In this document: positions 59,801 to 64,000 of the stretch, one piece after another
How positions within the stretch are numbered: the first letter of the stretch is position 1
Layout of the letters: each line of letters opens with the position of its first letter
NCBI GenBank assembly: GCA_000708835.1
Contig: DF236970.1
Span: 310,001 to 374,000 of the forward strand
Origin: Klebsormidium nitens
Taxonomy: Eukaryota > Plantae > Klebsormidiophyceae
Length of the DNA stretch: 64,000 nucleotides
Reading direction: 5' to 3'
Position numbers and translations under genes: made by a program
Notes under the pieces: model-generated
Seen by the model: only the letters and a program-made list of their open reading frames with translations
Database searches by the model: none
Told to the model about the DNA's origin: nothing

Positions 59801-62800
59801 TACTGCTGAGTTCCTCGAGCAATTGCAGCCTTACTCCACCCCCCCCTTTTACAGCCCACGTTCTAATGAAGAGACGAGTCGGTGCAAAACAGGAACTGCT
59901 GCCTTGACCTTCCATTTTGCGGCCCTTTGCGTTCTGGAATCTAACCCACTGGTCTGGGTGAGACTTTGCCGAAAGCTTCTGATCCTGATGGCTCACTTTC
60001 GTGTTTTCAAAGGGTGCATATCGGTCTTATATTCCGAGTGGAGATTGTAGCTTTTGTCTGGTGCTTAGATACTGCCGTCAACTCTGTCTCGAGTCATTTG
60101 TGGCATTGGCGATGATCAGGACATATTGGGCATTGTACCGACCCACCAAATGTGGTCGTCTGCCCATGACGCCGTTGCTCTCATTGGCATCCTTTGCATG
60201 CTACCCTCTCGAAGTTCTGAGTGCCGCGCCGGTTTTGTGAGCTTGTAAGCTAACATCTCGTCTTTCTTTCGTCAGCTTCAAGATGCTCTAAGTTCTTGGC
60301 ACGTTTTTTGAGTACAGAGATGTTCGGAATCACTTGTCTTGTTTGCAAGAGCGTCGAAAGAATGGTCAGTAACTCAGAGATCTTCTCGAACGCCGCTGGC
60401 ACTTGACTTTCATGGTAATCAGCACCTGTGAGCATTGACATGTGGCCGATACATGTTGCTGATAAGCTTCGACGCTTCGGAACGGGTTCCTGCATGCTTG
60501 AACTTCCAAGTATGGGCATTATGCAAGCCTTTTTGCGCTTTGCTTTCCTTCCGATATTTACCGCCGGTTCTTCTGGGCTGTCGGCAGACGGCACGCTGGC
60601 TATGAGTAACGCTCTTTGAGATGCCCCTGTGCGCGTCCCAATGAAGCACGATTTCCCAAGATGGTATGTATCGCACCAAAGCCAGCTTGTCTTGCAACAC
60701 TGCTCGGTAGGGAACTGCCATTGTCCATTTATTGTTAGGATCTAGAAGCGAGGTTGTGTTTGCGAATATTTGTGTGTCACGTAACACCGACTGTACACCC
60801 TCCGACATTCCGGAAGGGACAGAAGCGCGATCCTCCCTCTGGTCGAGTCCACGTGGCTGTGCCGGCTGCCAAAATCTCCTTCTGAGCAACTTCGATCACA
60901 CATCCGTTCTCAACATACCGCAATGCTTGGCAAACTGCAGACCTTGTCCTCGTGGTTTCCAACTCAGGCCAAGAAAACATCCAATCCTTGGAGTCGTTCA
61001 GGCATCCGTCAAAGCCGCGTATTGATGCTTCGAACGTCCATCTTCTCTGCAGATGTCCGACGTTTGGGAGAACGTCCGGATCATCGCCGACGCCCTCAAC
61101 GTGTCCGAAAAGGGCGAGGCGCTCATCAAGTCGCTCCGAGCGGAATGGGACTCGATCCGGCGGAACACCCCCCAGTACAGCGACGGAATGCCCCCCCTCA
61201 GCGTCGCCTGTCTCCAGTGGACCGACCCCCTGATCGGCGCCGGTTACTGGGTTCCCGAAATAGTTTCCTGCGCCGGGGGGGTAAATCTGCTGGGTGAAAA
61301 GGGGGGGGGCAGCCCGAAAGTGACGCTTGAAACCCTGGCGGAAGCCCAGCCAGAGGTTATCGTGGTTATGTGCTGCGGGTTAGGCCTTGACCGTGGGGTT
61401 AAGGACGTGGAGGCGCTGGAGAAACAGGCGGGCTGGGCGGGGTTAAGGGCGGTTAGGAACGGAAGGGTTTATGTCGTGAATGGGGACGAGTATTTCAACA
61501 CGAGTTCGGCGGCGGCGGCGGTTGAGAGCGCGAGACTGATGGCGGAGATTTTGCACGGCGGCAGGTGGGATTCTGGGCGTCACTTTTTTGTATTGCAGAA
61601 ATACTTGCTTGGCTGTTTCTTCCGGGCTTGGTTTGAGTCTGTTTCAGTGACTTGGTCGAGGTCACAAGCATTTGTATTGCGAGTCGATAGTGGAGGAGAC
61701 TCTGCTTTTGAGTTGGGTGTTTTTGGGTTACTAGCTGCTCCGAAGCTGAGGATCTTGCCTATTTTGTCTCTCGTGGTTGATTCTTTTTCTTCGGAGGTTT
61801 GTGATAAGCAGGAGTTGACGTCGTTGGATTGTCCTCCCAATCTGACGTTCTTCGACGCTGTTTGATGTGGCTGTCAATCACTGCATTCGTCCGTTCAACA
61901 TTTCCGTCCGGTCCGCCATTCCGATCTCAATTATCAGTGAGCTCCTGAACCCCTGAGTAGATCCCTGAATCCGTACTCTCTCTCAACACAGCGTGGTTTC
62001 TGTCAGGCCCACTACTAGCTGCTTTCAATAGTCGGTATTGTGGAAAAGCCGCCTCACTTGTGGAGTCAGGTCGGAAGCCAAGAAGAACGGCCACGAATTT
62101 GCGCAAGCAGAGTTGGCTGATATGCTTTTGGTCCTTCTCGGCCCTTGCTTCGTTCGTTCCTCAAGAACTCTTGCCGTAACCAGATGTGGAATGTGTCAAC
62201 CCTCTTTCTATAATTCGTCGGAGACGGTGTTCCCGTTGCTCAGCCACCGGAGTTGTACTACGCTTTGGGTTTCTGCCATTGCCATCCAAGATCGAGTGAA
62301 GGCCGCCGATTCCTTCATAGTTGACATGTACTCCTCCTTTTTCCTAAAAGGTCGGGTCTCGAAGGCAGCGCCTACGTCAGGCGTCCCGCCATCTCTCCGC
62401 CAACCGACGTCAGCAGTGACGTCAGCGCAGTCCCTCGGCCCGCCGCGCACCCCAGGCGCCCCCCTCCCCTGCCCACGTGGCTCCAGGGTGCGGAGACCAG
62501 GTCGCAATCCAACGGCGGACATTTTTCGGGGGGGTCAGACTTGCACAGGGAGAAGGGGGGTGCGAACGGGCATGCGCATGTAGACAGTCCCCGAGCAGAG
62601 AGCCCAGTTTCCACTCCGGGGGGGTCCGGTTTCAGACTGTTTGAGAGTGCGGCTGGCACCCCCCCGTGGGGGGGTTCGCCGATGGGCTCGAGCCCCGGGG
62701 CAGCGAACCCCCCGGAAGAGCGGGAGGAGTTCTGGATGGGGAATGATAGCGACGAGGAAGGCTGGACGGGGAATCGGGACGTGGTTCTGGGGGGGTTCTC

Positions 62801-64000
62801 GGATTCGGACAGTGAGTCCGACGATGATTTTGAAAGCCTGGTCGAATTGCCACTTGCCGAAGCGAAGTGGTCTCTCGAGAGAGGGGGGAGGGAAGGAGAG
62901 GCGTTAAGCGAAGGTTCTGGCCTAACCCAGGGTCTGGTTCTCGACAGCGAGCTGGACGCTATTGCAGAAGGGGTGCGGAGGCGCGAGAGTGAGGAGCGGA
63001 GGGGTAACGTCAATGAGGCGGACGTGACGTCAGGTGAAGTGGGTAGTGCGCGCCAGGCGCAAACGGAGCCGGTTAGCAAACCAGCGGGGATGGGTTACGG
63101 TTCCCGTGCGAAAGCGCAGCCGCTGCCGGTGCCCAAAAGAGGCGAGTTCTCATTCGATACCAGCTCGGCGGGTCACCCTAACTACGATCTTAACCCGCCG
63201 CCGGAACCTAGAAGCTGGCAGGAGCCACGTGTCCTCTCGCCCGACTCGTTGAAGTCGTCGCCAACGCGATGGCCCTCGTCGCACCCCCCCACGTGGCCCG
63301 AAACCCCGAGGACACCGCAAACTCCCCCGAGCCTGGACGAGTTCGAAAAGCAGTTTCCATTTGACTTTGGCCGGGGCCGGAGGCAAACGGAAACGAACTC
63401 GACCAGGTTTGCAGACGAAGCGGGTTTTGGTGTCCGTGAAGAGAAGGAGTTTGGGTCGGAGAAGGAGGAACTCGGCAGGGGGAAAGAGTGGCTAAAGGAC
63501 AGGTCAAACTCACTCAGCGACGATAGACCGGGGGTGCGCGGAGCAGAAAAAGTGCGCCCCCGGCTTGAAGTCGAAACGACAGGGCTGACCGTTTTCGAGG
63601 GGCCCCATTCCCCGCTGGAGAGCTCCGGTCCACATGCTGCAGGAAACAGCGGATCGCCGGAACTAGAGAGCGTCTCGTTAGAGTCTCCCAGAGACCGAGG
63701 CGAAAGGGGGGTGGAAACGGCGGGCAACAAGTCCCCCCTGGAGGGAGGCGGTGTCGAGCACTCGGCCTTCAAGCGCATCCATCTCGTAGGGCGGCCCCTC
63801 TCCCTCGACGTCAGCAAACGGCCCGACGCCGACGTCAGCCCGCCCCACGCTGACGTCATCACCCCCCCGGCGCGGCCCTCGACTCCCCCGCCAGTCTCGC
63901 CGCCCCCACCCGGCGAGCTGCTTTCGCCGATGGCATCTCGTCCTGGGTTTATGGCTAATCTGCTCGAAACCCAGACCCAAACTTCCCCCCCGCTGAGTCC
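50829..64000 (+). CDS. BtuF-like cobalamin/Fe-siderophore periplasmic-binding domain (Peripla_BP_2 type) fused to a >550-aa Ser/Pro/acidic disordered tail; incomplete at the window end
   Basis: Exons 50829-51178, 53000-53099, 61053-61564 and 62351->64000; phases 2/0/2 are consistent. Motifs PRVVSFLGAATEIVCLLG..LVGRSHEC, REIDERV..YKIDAEMLRDLQPDVILTQDQCSVCAV, LQWTDPLIGAGYWVPEIVSCAGG, QPEVIVVMCCGLGL, AVRNGRVYVVNGDEYF, MAEILHG. The last exon is a stop-free plus frame from 62352 to 64000; it is missing from the ORF track because it has no stop. The start codon is tentative. Confidence 0.85.

Noticed and set aside
62372-63862. Long minus-strand ORFs 62372-63079 and 63182-63862
   Set aside because: They are antisense shadows of the stop-free, GC-rich plus-strand exon from 62351, which has a proper acceptor and the correct phase.

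Overview
Eukaryotic nuclear DNA, intron-rich, with GC-rich exons. Gene content and style suggest a streptophyte green alga, Klebsormidium-like (inference). Eight spliced protein genes were reconstructed by hand with phase-consistent introns: a folate-receptor-family protein (-), membrane-anchored UDP-glucuronate decarboxylase UXS (-), an EDR2-like PH-START-DUF1336 protein (+, 20 exons), a ceQORH-like quinone oxidoreductase (-, one exon runs into an N gap), a plastid-type PPR-SMR protein (+, 13 exons), a small transmembrane protein (+), RPL29 (-), and a BtuF-like cobalamin/Fe periplasmic-binding domain fused to a long disordered tail (+, runs off the window, with an 8 kb intron). There is also a decayed, intron-containing pseudogene (-, 40.9-42.5 kb), a MITE-like element and two assembly gaps. 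Three patterns stand out. (1) Splice sites are repeatedly 'echoed' by diverged tandem copies about 105-180 bp apart, in four different genes. (2) The palindrome TGACGTCA is roughly 18-fold over-represented; it sits at branch-point positions but also invades coding exons. (3) A dense GTAC cluster lies in the ceQORH/PPR-SMR divergent promoter. All coordinates were read by eye and nothing was database-searched.
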